Shown: piece after piece, positions 18,190-28,126 of the stretch
How the letters are laid out: each line of letters opens with the position of its first letter
Numbering within the stretch: the stretch's first letter is position 1
IMG/VR virus record: IMGVR_UViG_637000224_000001
Location: 1-64,000 of that record
Source: a virus
Lineage: Duplodnaviria; Caudoviricetes
DNA: 64,000 bases
Direction: 5' to 3' (one strand)
Notes under the pieces: model-generated
The model's database searches: none
What the model saw: only the letters and a program-made list of their open reading frames with translations
Told to the model about the DNA's origin: nothing
Position numbers and translations under genes: made by a program

Positions 18190-21100
18190 TTACCTGCCAT
18201 TTGTGAGCCTCCAGATCGAACCACCAGGTTGCAGCGCGCGAGCGATTGCAGTCTCGGCCTCGGTTTTTGCCGCCTGCTGAATGCCCTTGCCGAGCTGAGT
18301 GGACGCTTCCTGCGTGCTTGAGCTGCCCGAATCGCCAGACGTCTGGACAGATACCGAGACGGGGAAGTTGTAGGTGTTGCTTTCGCTACTGCCGCCTCCG
18401 CTCAGCGCGCGGACGCCAAGCTGGCCGCTGGGAGTGCGAGTGAGCGGCATGATTGCCTCGTCGCCCGCCTCACCCATAACCCCAACTCCGCCGCCAGAGA
18501 TGCCGAACGCTGTTGGCTTGCTGACGATGCTGTTGGTGAACGCCCCGCCGTTGGCGAACATCTGCACGCCGTTGGACCAGGCACCGCCTTTGGCCTGGGC
18601 CACTCCTGACCAGCCGCTCAATGCTGAGTTGCTGTAGCCTGCCGCGCTCGCGCCAGCGTTTGATGAGATAGCGCCTGCCGAGCCTGATGCAAGCCCGTTG
18701 CCGGTGCCGCCAGTAAAATAGCTGGTGGCAGCACCTACCAGACTGCTCAGCAGCGCTGAGCTTGCTTGACGGGTAGCAATCCTTGCCATGTCGGCCAAGA
18801 TTGATTTGGTAAAGTCTGAAAACGACCCCTTGCCAGTTATCGCGAAGTTTGCGACCGAATCTTCCATGCTGCTGAACGCACTCGTGAACAGGCTCTTGGT
18901 CTGCCCGGCCACGTCCCTGGCCGATTCCAGATAGTTCTGGAAGGCCGATGATGCGCCAGCACTCCAACTGCCCTGGGCAACGGTCATGTAGTCATAGCTG
19001 GCCTGGACCGCGTCGCGTAGATCCTGCTGATTTTTGTTGAGCGCAGCCAGCTTCAGGTTGTACTCGTCGAGGCTCATCCCCCGAGAGCCATCACCGTATT
19101 GGTTGGCCAGCTCGACCTTCTGCTGGTTAATCCGGTCATCTACGGAGTTCTGCTGGTCCGTCAGCCCACGCTGACGATCCCCCATGCCAAGAGAGGAAGC
19201 AGATCGCTGCCCCTGCTCGCGCAAGGTTTTTACCTGCTGCTCCAGTGCTGCGGTATAGGCAGCCACAGCCAAACGCTGTTTTTCGAGCCTGCCCTTTTCT
19301 GATGTGGCAAGAACTTCCTGTTCAGTCTCAGCTTTCTTCTGCGCCTCCAACATCGAAGTTCGAGCGTCGGCGATCTTTTGGTCGAGCTGGATTCGCTGCT
19401 CAGCGCTGGTAGACGCCTTGCCCCTGAGCGTCTCAAGCGCATCAATTTCAACCTGATAGGCAGAAGTGATATCGCCTTTCTGCTGATCTATGATTGCTGC
19501 ACGCTGGCTGGCGTAAGACTCAGCGGAAATCAGCCCGGCTTTCTGCGACGCCTCCAACTCCTTCTGGATGCCGTCGTAATAACCGTTTATCGACTTGAGC
19601 TGATTTTGCGCTGTGTTGAACGCGGTCATATCCAATGCGGACGTAGGTTTCGCCGGATCCTTGAATTGATCGGCGATGTTGCTCTTTATCTTTGAAACGT
19701 TTTCCGGCTTGAGGCGATCGTCTGTCGGGTTGACCTTTCTAATCGCCTCCAGATTTCTCTCATATGCCTTGAGAGCCTCTGACCTTTTCTCCGCATTAGT
19801 CCTGGACGACTTTTCCAGCTCGTCGACCTTCGTCGCAGCAAGCACCGCGGCGCGCTGTGCGCTTTGTTGTTCACCAGTTTTCTTGGCCTCTCCTGCCTGA
19901 ACGTCTCGAGCTTTCTCGAGAAGCTTAAGCCGATCCTGCAGCACCCTTGTGGATTCGCTTCCCTCAAACAGACCGGACAGCCAGCCTGTTTTCCGATCCT
20001 CAAGAATCTTTTTGGTGTTGGTTATTTGCTCGTCGAGACTTTGATCTCGCCCGACATCCCGCATCGCGTCCCAAGCAAGTTTCGCGTTGTCGCCTACTTT
20101 TTTCCAGCCAGCCTCAAGAATCCCAAGGTTCGCGGTTATTTGTTCGGTCCGGGTATTTGTCGCGTCGGCATACGACTTAAATGCCACCTCTGCTGCTGCC
20201 TGGGTCTGCCCTTGGCGCTCAAGCGCGGCAATCTGCGAATAGGTCGCCGCAGTCAGGTAGTTCAACTGCTCCGTGAACTCCAATGAGGCCTTCAGAGGCT
20301 CCTTGGCGAGCTTCTCGAAGTTCTTAACGGTCTCCGCAGTCGACTTCCCTGTCGCGTCTTCCATGTTGGCGGCGGCAGTAGCAATCATCTGAAAATACGA
20401 TGCTGAGATCCGGGTCGACCCAGAAAGCAAGGTAAGGGTCTGCGAAGCTTCATTCACTGTCCCATTGGCGCTGGAAACAGCTCTCGCCATGTCGCTGAGC
20501 TGTCCAGCGGTTGTGCCTGCTGTGTTGCCTGTCATGATCAAGGCAGTGGTATACGCGGTTGCCTCGCTGCTCCCCTGCTTATATGCCACCCCCAATGCAA
20601 CGAGCGCGGCGGCTGCAGCTGCGGCACCTACGAGGACTGCACCAATACCAACGCTAAGACCACCCCCTGCCGCCCTGAGCGCATCAGCTGCCTCTTTGGC
20701 GTTCTTGCCAGCGTCAGCTGCCGTGTTCGCCCCCTCCGCAAGGCTTCCGATACCATCGCCCGCAGCCTCAGCACCTTCTGCAGCAGCCTTACCGCCGCTA
20801 CCTACTGCTTGCAAGGCGTCACCAATCGAACCGATTCCACCGCCTATACCGAGAATGGATTTGATCTTTCCGCCGAGGACATCAATCGTCGGTCCAATAC
20901 CACCGAACGAGTCTTTGATCTGCATACCTTGCTGGAGGAAAACCTGCAGCGGATTTTGCCCACCTATGAGGCTTGTGAAGATATCGCTGAACTGACTGGG
21001 CAACTGACGCAACGCAGCCTGAGTCTGTGCAGCTGATACGCCCGCGCTTTTGACGCTTTCACCGAACTCACCAAGCTTCTGACGGGACGCGTCAATCCGG

Positions 21101-21675
21101 GTGGAGTACTCCTTGAACGTATCGGCATCGATGAGCCCAGCGTTCTTGTATTTCTGGAGCTGTGCCTGCTGCTCATCAAGTTTGCCGAGCGCTGTCAGCG
21201 TAGGGTTGATTTTACCCAGCAGCGCTTGAAGCCCTTCAGCCTCAACGCCGGTAGCAGCCGCTGCCTTCTTCGTGGATTCAGCAAGTTGGTCGGTCGACCC
21301 TACCAAGGCATCAGAATCAGCCTGCAATCGACGCCGAAGCGCTGCCAGGCTGCTGGCAGAAGAGCTTGAAGCGTCCACAGCCGCCGTGTTTCCGGTGACA
21401 CTGGTTGTAAGGCGCTGGTAGTACTCGCTCGAATCCAGCGAAGCCTTGGCCATCGCTGTGAGGCGAGCGATCGCCTGATCCGTAGTTTCGTTGAGCTTCC
21501 CCTCGGCCGAGGACAGGCTCGACGCCGCAGTCGATGCTTTGTCGAAGCCCGAGGAAACCCCATCAGCGGCTTTCTCTGCCCGGCCGCCAGCGGCAGCCAG
21601 CTTGTCCAGATCGGTAGCGGCCTGCGCGGCATCGCCGGAATCAACCTTGATCCCGAGTTCTGCAATGGTCGTCAT
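18190..21675 (-). CDS. Tape measure protein
   Basis: 1161 aa, Ala-rich; QNPLQVFLQQG, C-terminal FANGG...MGEAGDEAIMPL. Confidence 0.93.
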   Translation of the reverse strand: MTTIAELGIKVDSGDAAQAATDLDKLAAAGGRAEKAADGVSSGFDKASTAASSLSSAEGKLNETTDQAIARLTAMAKASLDSSEYYQRLTTSVTGNTAAVDASSSSASSLAALRRRLQADSDALVGSTDQLAESTKKAAAATGVEAEGLQALLGKINPTLTALGKLDEQQAQLQKYKNAGLIDADTFKEYSTRIDASRQKLGEFGESVKSAGVSAAQTQAALRQLPSQFSDIFTSLIGGQNPLQVFLQQGMQIKDSFGGIGPTIDVLGGKIKSILGIGGGIGSIGDALQAVGSGGKAAAEGAEAAGDGIGSLAEGANTAADAGKNAKEAADALRAAGGGLSVGIGAVLVGAAAAAAALVALGVAYKQGSSEATAYTTALIMTGNTAGTTAGQLSDMARAVSSANGTVNEASQTLTLLSGSTRISASYFQMIATAAANMEDATGKSTAETVKNFEKLAKEPLKASLEFTEQLNYLTAATYSQIAALERQGQTQAAAEVAFKSYADATNTRTEQITANLGILEAGWKKVGDNAKLAWDAMRDVGRDQSLDEQITNTKKILEDRKTGWLSGLFEGSESTRVLQDRLKLLEKARDVQAGEAKKTGEQQSAQRAAVLAATKVDELEKSSRTNAEKRSEALKAYERNLEAIRKVNPTDDRLKPENVSKIKSNIADQFKDPAKPTSALDMTAFNTAQNQLKSINGYYDGIQKELEASQKAGLISAESYASQRAAIIDQQKGDITSAYQVEIDALETLRGKASTSAEQRIQLDQKIADARTSMLEAQKKAETEQEVLATSEKGRLEKQRLAVAAYTAALEQQVKTLREQGQRSASSLGMGDRQRGLTDQQNSVDDRINQQKVELANQYGDGSRGMSLDEYNLKLAALNKNQQDLRDAVQASYDYMTVAQGSWSAGASSAFQNYLESARDVAGQTKSLFTSAFSSMEDSVANFAITGKGSFSDFTKSILADMARIATRQASSALLSSLVGAATSYFTGGTGNGLASGSAGAISSNAGASAAGYSNSALSGWSGVAQAKGGAWSNGVQMFANGGAFTNSIVSKPTAFGISGGGVGVMGEAGDEAIMPLTRTPSGQLGVRALSGGGSSESNTYNFPVSVSVQTSGDSGSSSTQEASTQLGKGIQQAAKTEAETAIARALQPGGSIWRLTNGR

Positions 21676-21685
21676 GAGCGCTCCG

Positions 21686-22006
21686 TTATTTCGATTCGCT
21701 CATCACGAGCAATGCTTCGACTTCCAGTGTGCGGAGGTCGGGAAAGATGCCAGGTAGTTCGTGCCGTTTGATGCCCACCATGTGCGCCGTGGCGGGGATG
21801 GCGGAGTAATCAAGGCCTGAAGCGCCGCCCGGCCCGGTACGCCACTGAGTGGAGAGCGATTCGAACAGGCGAAACGCCTTCCATGAGTCGGGCCAGACCT
21901 CGACCTCTTCGACGGGAATGTCAGCCAGCGTCATGCCAAAAGCGGCGAGCTCCTGCTCCGACGGACCGGGCTCATACAGCGCCCGGGCCGCCGCCTTCAG
22001 TTTCCC
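21686..22006 (-). CDS. Tail assembly chaperone GT extension (by -1 frameshift)
   Basis: GKLKAAARALY...QWRTGPGGASGLDY frame entered at the slippery site. Confidence 0.8.
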   Translation of the reverse strand, partial: GKLKAAARALYEPGPSEQELAAFGMTLADIPVEEVEVWPDSWKAFRLFESLSTQWRTGPGGASGLDYSAIPATAHMVGIKRHELPGIFPDLRTLEVEALLVMSESK

Positions 22007-22380
22007 AGGCGTGCGGGGTCGTAGGCCGACTGGTATGCGTCGATGACTGCCTGAGGCGCGCCAACACAAGTGGTCACCAGCGCGGCAACGGCCTCGTCGG
22101 TGAACTTGTCGTCGAAGGACCAGCCGGTCACGACGTCCTTGATCTGCTCGACCTGCAGAGCGATCTCGGAAGCGGTTACTTCCTGCCAGGTGATGCCGTC
22201 GTCGGTGTGCTTCGAGTTCAGCTCAGCACGAACCTTATTCCAGCGCCCGAACATCTCGGCCAGCTCTGTGCGGTCCATATATTTGAATTCGAACTCCACC
22301 TTCACCGCGGCTTCGCCGATGCGGGGAATCATCACCGGCGCTTTGAACGTCGGGTTCTGGGCGATCTTGATCTTGGCCAT
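21997..22380 (-). CDS. Tail assembly chaperone G
   Basis: MAKIKIAQNPTFKAPV...; ends RLGN. Confidence 0.85.
   Translation of the reverse strand: MAKIKIAQNPTFKAPVMIPRIGEAAVKVEFEFKYMDRTELAEMFGRWNKVRAELNSKHTDDGITWQEVTASEIALQVEQIKDVVTGWSFDDKFTDEAVAALVTTCVGAPQAVIDAYQSAYDPARLGN
22000..22006 (-). other. Programmed -1 ribosomal frameshift heptamer G-GGA-AAC
   Basis: Minus strand CTG GGA AAC TGA; the -1 frame is open into GT. Confidence 0.8.
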
Positions 22381-22383
22381 GGG

Positions 22384-23040
22384 TTACGCCACCAATGCCG
22401 AGTAACGGGTTGGACGACCGGCCAGTGACAAGGTCATCACGCGGGTCATCAGGTTGTTTCGGCCCAGCGTCGGCGTCGTGGTGATGGACACGTAAGCGTT
22501 GTAAACGATGCTGCTGCCGCCTGGCAGGTTCAAACGAAGCACGCGGGCCTGCTTGTCATCATCGGCAGCCTCCACCACAGCCACATAGGGAAGGTCTGGA
22601 TCGTCCGCCACGGTAAAAGACATGCTGATCGGGTTTTTGGTGGTTGGCATCTGACGATCATCGTCGTCGGCGAGGAAGCCAAAGGTCAGAAACTGCTGGT
22701 CACCACCACTGGTGTTTACCTCGGTGATTTGAGGCACCTCGACAAAGCTGGTCACCTTGCGCACTGAGCCGGTGCCTGAACCAGCCGGGTATGGCTGCAG
22801 ATTGGTGGTGTTGATGTTTTCCAGCGCAAACGTCCCGCTCAGGCTTTTGGAAACGCGAGTGGCGCGATCATTCAGGCGAGTCCAGCCCGACGTTACGGCG
22901 ATGATGTCACCGTCAGCCAGGCCGTGCGCAGCGGCGGTGGCAACAGCCGGATTTGCATTGCTCAGTGCAGTTACCGGGATTGCCGCGCCATAGGCGGAGG
23001 CGATCTGAAGGGTTGCGCCGTTGGGGAGTCTGAAGCCCAT
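22384..23040 (-). CDS. Major tail (tube) protein
   Basis: MGFRLPNGATLQIA, VPQITEV, GGDQQF. Confidence 0.88.
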   Translation of the reverse strand: MGFRLPNGATLQIASAYGAAIPVTALSNANPAVATAAAHGLADGDIIAVTSGWTRLNDRATRVSKSLSGTFALENINTTNLQPYPAGSGTGSVRKVTSFVEVPQITEVNTSGGDQQFLTFGFLADDDDRQMPTTKNPISMSFTVADDPDLPYVAVVEAADDDKQARVLRLNLPGGSSIVYNAYVSITTTPTLGRNNLMTRVMTLSLAGRPTRYSALVA

Positions 23041-23111
23041 GTTGGTTTTCCTCTGTGCAGAAATGACAAAACCCGCTCAATGGCGGGCTCTGGGTTTGCC
23101 CAATGGGCGAA

Positions 23112-23522
23112 TTAGTTGGTATCGGCGCGGTACTGAAACGAGGCAGAGACTGTCAGCGTACTGTCACCGGTGATCGGCGGCCCGGGCTCAACTGGCGTGA
23201 GCACAAGCACCTCTAACGCGTCTTGCTTGAGCCTGAGATAGGCCGGGAACAGAGCGGCAATGTCATCGACAAGGCCTTCAACTTCGCCAGTCCCATTGCC
23301 TGCTGGGGTGACAACGTTGACCTGGAACACGCCGGTATAGACGCGGTGATCGCCCGACAAGGTGTCGGTACCGGTCCCAGCCGGAAGCATGAATGCTGCC
23401 AGATACGTTTCGTCTGTCTCTGGTGTGAAGCTGACGCCCTGATAGGCGATCCTCAGGTTGCGCCCACCTGCCCACGTCGTGAGTCTCTGCTCGAACAGTG
23501 AGCGGATTATTTTGTGGCTCAT
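23112..23522 (-). CDS. Tail terminator protein
   Basis: YTGVFQVNVVTPAGNG; position before the tail tube gene. Confidence 0.75.
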   Translation of the reverse strand: MSHKIIRSLFEQRLTTWAGGRNLRIAYQGVSFTPETDETYLAAFMLPAGTGTDTLSGDHRVYTGVFQVNVVTPAGNGTGEVEGLVDDIAALFPAYLRLKQDALEVLVLTPVEPGPPITGDSTLTVSASFQYRADTN

Positions 23523-24175
23523 ACCTGATGATTCCTGATGGCAGCCTCAACAATCTGCTGGAAGCGCGCCACGGTGATTCGAACCATACCGCCCGGTGCC
23601 TGGGTCGAATGCCCAAATTCCAGCGGGATGGCGTACGGCAGGCTGTTGGTGATGTAGGCGACGTCGCCGGCGTGGAATTCCAGCACACCGTTGACGATGC
23701 GCGCCGTGGACTTGCTGCCAGTCGGGTCGACCTCTTCTGTAGTCGTGCCATCTGGCGCGCCAATCCCGAACATCCAGTTGCCACGGAACCGGCCACCGAC
23801 GTAATCCTGGCCAGCTACGAGTCCGTTGACGTTGAAGTTCTGGACACGCTCGGTCTTGGTCAACGGCTTGGCGTATTTCACGCCTCGCTTCAGCTTGCCG
23901 GACTTCGTGAAGTTCGACTCTGTCAGGTTGATGACCGTATTGCGCAGGGAAACCTTGAAGTCGTATTCGTCGGCTGCGCGGGTGTTGGCATCACGAAACG
24001 CCAGGTTGGCCGCCCATATCTCAGGATTGCCCACTGGAGACATCCGGATGACGCTGCTGCCGATCTCGATGATTATCTCGCGAAGGCTGACATCAACCGC
24101 TTCCTTCGCCTGCTCGGCAAATCTGGCGAGGTCGAGAGCGAAGCTACCGGACTGACCAGCGCCTGCGCGGCTCAT
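23519..24175 (-). CDS. HK97 gp10-like tail completion protein
   Basis: SPVG..GRFRGNW..YITNSLPYAIPLEFGHSTQAPGGMV. Confidence 0.8.
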   Translation of the reverse strand: MSRAGAGQSGSFALDLARFAEQAKEAVDVSLREIIIEIGSSVIRMSPVGNPEIWAANLAFRDANTRAADEYDFKVSLRNTVINLTESNFTKSGKLKRGVKYAKPLTKTERVQNFNVNGLVAGQDYVGGRFRGNWMFGIGAPDGTTTEEVDPTGSKSTARIVNGVLEFHAGDVAYITNSLPYAIPLEFGHSTQAPGGMVRITVARFQQIVEAAIRNHQV

Positions 24176-24555
24176 GAGCGCACCTGCAGCTCGTAGAGCA
24201 GTGGCGTGCCTGCCGGGTTGATCTCTTTCAGCGGTGGAATGATCGACCAGGTGCGACCCTGGACCACCACCTTGCTGAGCAGAGTCGGTGGCTGCTCAAG
24301 ACCCTTCGCGGCAATCTTCAGCTTCTTGTCGCCCACCTTGATCAGGGTATTGGTCTGAAACTCCTGACCGGTGAAGTCGAGCAGGATGCCTTGAGCTATT
24401 TGCTCGGTGACAGTTTCTTGAGAGGTGGTGCCGGTGGTTGGGTTGTAGCCGCCTTTGACAGCGTCGCGAATTGTAACTGGCTGACCGAACTCGGTAATTA
24501 GCTCAAGAGCCACAACGGCCATTTCGTCATAGAATTCCAAATCTATCTCCAACAC
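24172..24555 (-). CDS. Head-tail adaptor
   Basis: FYDEMA..ITEFGQ..INPAGTPLLYELQVR; start may be TTG at 24540. Confidence 0.75.
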   Translation of the reverse strand: MLEIDLEFYDEMAVVALELITEFGQPVTIRDAVKGGYNPTTGTTSQETVTEQIAQGILLDFTGQEFQTNTLIKVGDKKLKIAAKGLEQPPTLLSKVVVQGRTWSIIPPLKEINPAGTPLLYELQVRS

Positions 24556-24570
24556 CTTGCAGGACGCAAA

Positions 24571-24870
24571 ATGAATAACTCACAAAAGGCCGCGTACATT
24601 CTTCGGTCTTTAGATCAATACCTACTGCAGGCCGGGAGAGAGGCTTATTATCATGAGGTTCTGCGCTTAGCCATCAGCGTGGCTCTTGAGCAGACTCCAG
24701 ATGAGCGGCACATTGAGGACGCGCAGCTTAGATGCTGTCCTTTTGGCGGCCCTCCAAGCCCAGTGGACGCTGCGGCGACGCAGCATCTTGCTGCGATGAT
24801 CGCGGCGTCCTCCACTTGGCCTGAACAGCTTTTCTATAACTTAGATATGGGGAGGCTGTTGGGTTATTGA
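24571..24870 (+). CDS. Moron, hypothetical protein
   Basis: 99-aa ORF on the opposite strand, filling the gap between two adaptor genes. Confidence 0.55.
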   Translation: MNNSQKAAYILRSLDQYLLQAGREAYYHEVLRLAISVALEQTPDERHIEDAQLRCCPFGGPPSPVDAAATQHLAAMIAASSTWPEQLFYNLDMGRLLGY

Positions 24871-24871
24871 G

Positions 24872-25372
24872 CTATGCCCTTACCGCAAAGAGGCCGCGCC
24901 TCTGCAGATAGTCCGCGAACTGCGTAGCGCTGGGCCTGTCCGGGGCAGCAGGCAGCAGTCGCTTGCTCGTGTTGCTGATGGTCGCGTATTCACGCTCTAC
25001 CGCGCCGTCGACCTTTTCCTTCGTGACCGCGCCCTTGCGCTTGTCGATAGGATCAATGTCGTCGGCATGAATCTCTGCGGCCAGAGCCATCTGACCGTAC
25101 TGAATGCGTGCCGGAAGGTAACGCTCCGGCTTGTTCTCACCATCCAGGCGAATCTCCCGGCGAGGCCAGGACAGTGCCTGATCGCCGGTGGATTTGCGCC
25201 CCTTCCAGGTCATGCCGTCCATCACCAAGGCGGCCCGGCGCAAAACAGCCTCTTGCGCAGCCTCTTCAGCGGGAATGGCCACGCCGAATTTCCCGGCGTA
25301 AATGACCAGTTCAGCGGCAGTGGCGTAGCTTTCAGCACCCGGTACGCCGGTGCCGTCCTCGATGATGAGCAT
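24872..25372 (-). CDS. Head-tail connector (DnaT-like domain family)
   Basis: LIIEDGTGVPGAESY, QALSWPR, VDGAVEREY. Confidence 0.8.
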   Translation of the reverse strand: MLIIEDGTGVPGAESYATAAELVIYAGKFGVAIPAEEAAQEAVLRRAALVMDGMTWKGRKSTGDQALSWPRREIRLDGENKPERYLPARIQYGQMALAAEIHADDIDPIDKRKGAVTKEKVDGAVEREYATISNTSKRLLPAAPDRPSATQFADYLQRRGLFAVRA

Positions 25373-25375
25373 GAC

Positions 25376-25804
25376 TTATTCCTTGGTTTCGTTCAGGCGA
25401 TCTGCTTCGGCCTTGGCCTGAGCTTCATCACCAGCAAAGTCGCTGAATCGTACACCGTCGCGGGTGATGATGATCCACTGGTTATCTGCTTCCAGCTTGG
25501 GGATGTAGACCGGTTCTTCCTTGGTGCCATCCTTCTGGGTTCCGTTGGACTCAGGCTTGGTTGGGCCTTTACCCGGCTTTGCAGGAGTTTTGTCAGCGGC
25601 CTTGGCCTTGCCTTTCACCGGCGTCTTGCGTGTCTCGATCTCCACGTCAATCTCGACCGCCTTGTAGGCATCGACGATTTCCGGGTAATCGCCAACCACG
25701 GTGACCTTGGTCACGCCGCGCTCGACGTTCCGGAACAGATCCGGGTTGCGATAGCGCTTGCTGGGATCGAAGTCGCCGCGCTGGTTGCTGTAAACGAGTT
25801 CCAT
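25376..25804 (-). CDS. Head-associated hypothetical protein
   Basis: MELVYSNQ..; GGAG RBS; follows the capsid gene. Confidence 0.7.
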   Translation of the reverse strand: MELVYSNQRGDFDPSKRYRNPDLFRNVERGVTKVTVVGDYPEIVDAYKAVEIDVEIETRKTPVKGKAKAADKTPAKPGKGPTKPESNGTQKDGTKEEPVYIPKLEADNQWIIITRDGVRFSDFAGDEAQAKAEADRLNETKE

Positions 25805-25849
25805 GATGTTCTCCCTGGCGGCCATTTCTGACCGCACCTGTCGGATGGC

Positions 25850-26800
25850 TTAGGCAGCCGGAGTGAGTTCGATCATCACGCCTGCAGTGACCTTGTCGCT
25901 GGCAGAGTGCTTGACCCAGTTGGCGGACGAGCCGACAGCGGCGAGCGATGGGTTCGCACCACCGGCAGTTTCCTTCCAGCTGTAACCCAGAACATCGATG
26001 TTCACGACGCCTTCAGCGCGGTAGCCGATGGCGAGGTTTTCCTCATCGTTGACTTCGTAAGAGCGGAAGCCAGGCGCCTGGGATTCGGTGATGGTCACTG
26101 CGCTTGGCAGCAGGCCGAAGATCACGTCAACCGGAGCGGTATCGGTAACCAGTACCGGCTTGCCCAGAGTGCCTGGCAGGCCGCCGTAGATCACGACACC
26201 CGCCTCTTCGTACAGCTTGTTGGTGATCGCTTCGTCGACGATGTCGAAGTAAGCCGAAGAGTGCATGACCCACAGCGCGATACGGCCGAATTTGTCACCG
26301 AACTTGCGCATGCCGCGAGTCAGCGTCTTCTTGCCGTCTGTCTCGATGCTGGCCTCAACGACCATTGCTGGGTTGGAACCAATCGACGCGCGCAGTGCGG
26401 CTGTGGCGTACTGGACGAAGCCTTCCAGCGTGGCATCGGCAACGTCCTGGCCGATGATCTGGGAGAACTCGTCTACCGGGCGACCGCGACGCTTGAACGC
26501 CTCTTCGGTCGTCTGGTAAGGGCCGTACTTCCACGGAGCCTTGACGCCGACTGCCTCACCGGCGCCGATTTTCTTGGCGACGACTTTGGCTTCGGAGTTG
26601 ACGTCACGATGATCCAGCGAACCTGCCAGCTTGTAGAAGGCACGCTTGCGGAAGTCGCCTTCGATCAGCTCGTTGTCGAGGATGATTGCGCCGTTGGAGG
26701 ACGCGTTGAAGATGTCCAGGTTGTCCTGAACACGCTCCAGATATGCGGTCTGAGCCTCATCGTTGTAGATGATCAGATCGCTGTTCACAGTTGTTGCCAT
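25850..26800 (-). CDS. Major capsid protein
   Basis: 316 aa after the scaffold gene; ALWVMHS, GTLGKPVLVTD. Confidence 0.88.
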   Translation of the reverse strand: MATTVNSDLIIYNDEAQTAYLERVQDNLDIFNASSNGAIILDNELIEGDFRKRAFYKLAGSLDHRDVNSEAKVVAKKIGAGEAVGVKAPWKYGPYQTTEEAFKRRGRPVDEFSQIIGQDVADATLEGFVQYATAALRASIGSNPAMVVEASIETDGKKTLTRGMRKFGDKFGRIALWVMHSSAYFDIVDEAITNKLYEEAGVVIYGGLPGTLGKPVLVTDTAPVDVIFGLLPSAVTITESQAPGFRSYEVNDEENLAIGYRAEGVVNIDVLGYSWKETAGGANPSLAAVGSSANWVKHSASDKVTAGVMIELTPAA

Positions 26801-26812
26801 GGGTGAATCCCC

Positions 26813-27541
26813 TTACTTGGGCAAATTGAGGTATGCGGTTTGGCCGTGCTTGCGCTGGTAGTCGCGCTTTTGCGTGGCTGTCATTTCGGAGCGCTTCAGT
26901 GCAGCCTGGCCGCCACCCCCGCCCGGGGCATTCGTACCCGAGGCCCTTGGCCACAGGTGAGGAGCGCTTTCGCGCAAGGATTCCGCCCATTCGAGCGGGG
27001 TCAGAGGGGTCTTGCCGTCCTTGCCAAGGATGGTCTGGCCAGACTCATCAACGGCGACCGCTTCGCCCTCCTCGTTCAGTGAGAACACGCCTTTGGCGCG
27101 CAGGATGATGTCGTCAGTTGCTTCAGGCAGCGCGCCGGCTTTGAGAGCTGCGCCGCGCACCGAGTCGCCCAGGACCTTGCCCTGAAACTTGGCGGCGAAT
27201 GTTTCAGCCTTCGTCGCGCGCTCGCTGATTGCCTTCAACTGCTTTTCATAGTCACCGCGCAGACGCTCGGTGCGCTTGTTAAAAACCTCATCCACCTTGC
27301 CCTCTGTAAGCAGCTTGGTTTCCTCGTCCTGACCGGCGCGGCTCAGCAGCCCTTTGACGGCGTCGATGTCGATGCCCTCAAACTGGGTTTCGAACTGGGT
27401 CAGCTTGGTGGAGGTGTCTTTCAACTTGCCCAGCAGCTCGGTATTTTTGGTTTTCAGACCCGAAACGGATGCTTCAACGGCAGTCGCGATAGCGGCCTTG
27501 ATTGCCGGGTTTTCCAGGTCGATTTCGTTTTCTTCTGCCAC
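26813..27541 (-). CDS. Capsid scaffold protein
   Basis: Coiled coil, GLKTKNTELLG, C-terminal YLNLPK. Confidence 0.8.
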   Translation of the reverse strand: MAEENEIDLENPAIKAAIATAVEASVSGLKTKNTELLGKLKDTSTKLTQFETQFEGIDIDAVKGLLSRAGQDEETKLLTEGKVDEVFNKRTERLRGDYEKQLKAISERATKAETFAAKFQGKVLGDSVRGAALKAGALPEATDDIILRAKGVFSLNEEGEAVAVDESGQTILGKDGKTPLTPLEWAESLRESAPHLWPRASGTNAPGGGGGQAALKRSEMTATQKRDYQRKHGQTAYLNLPK

Positions 27542-27583
27542 GGTGATGCGCCCCTCGGGTTTGTAGGCCTACTTTGCAGGCAT

Positions 27584-27607
27584 AAAAAAACCCGCTCTTG
27601 CGGGTTT
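27584..27607 (-). terminator. Rho-independent terminator after moron
   Basis: A7-CCCGC-TCTT-GCGGG-TTT. Confidence 0.7.
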
Positions 27608-27624
27608 GGAAAATATAGAAAGCC

Positions 27625-28065
27625 TCAACCATAACGCAGTCTTAACTGATTAAAATTATCTTTCGAATATGTTTTTCCGCTCGAAACCATATCTAAATAC
27701 CTCTCAACCTCTAACAAGGCTTTTCGATTTTGGCGGGAGGCTTCTTTAAACGCTTCCACAAATACTTTTGAATTGACTACTCCAACCTCTCCGACAAGCC
27801 TAACTATTTGATATTCCGTCATATAAGAATGACGAGCCCGGTAGATACCAGGAGTTTTCCCCAGAACGAAAGCCGCACCGATAAATTTTCGAAAATCAAT
27901 AATCCTGCTCAAGTTTCTCAGGCGAATCACCTCGTTGAGAAAGGTATTTCGAGCTTCTTTGTACACGGTGCGCCTGAAGGACCCGCGTGCTCCTCGCTCT
28001 GGTAATACACGCAAAATATCTTCTATAACTTTATAAATATGTGGATCTACCGGGAACGCTAGCAT
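27625..28065 (-). CDS. Moron, basic hypothetical protein
   Basis: AT-rich 146-aa ORF with its own terminator. Confidence 0.6.
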   Translation of the reverse strand: MLAFPVDPHIYKVIEDILRVLPERGARGSFRRTVYKEARNTFLNEVIRLRNLSRIIDFRKFIGAAFVLGKTPGIYRARHSYMTEYQIVRLVGEVGVVNSKVFVEAFKEASRQNRKALLEVERYLDMVSSGKTYSKDNFNQLRLRYG

Positions 28066-28126
28066 CACAATTTCCGTATCGTAAGTTTGTCGGCAACCCA
28101 AATTTAGTTTTTAGCCTCCAAAGGTG

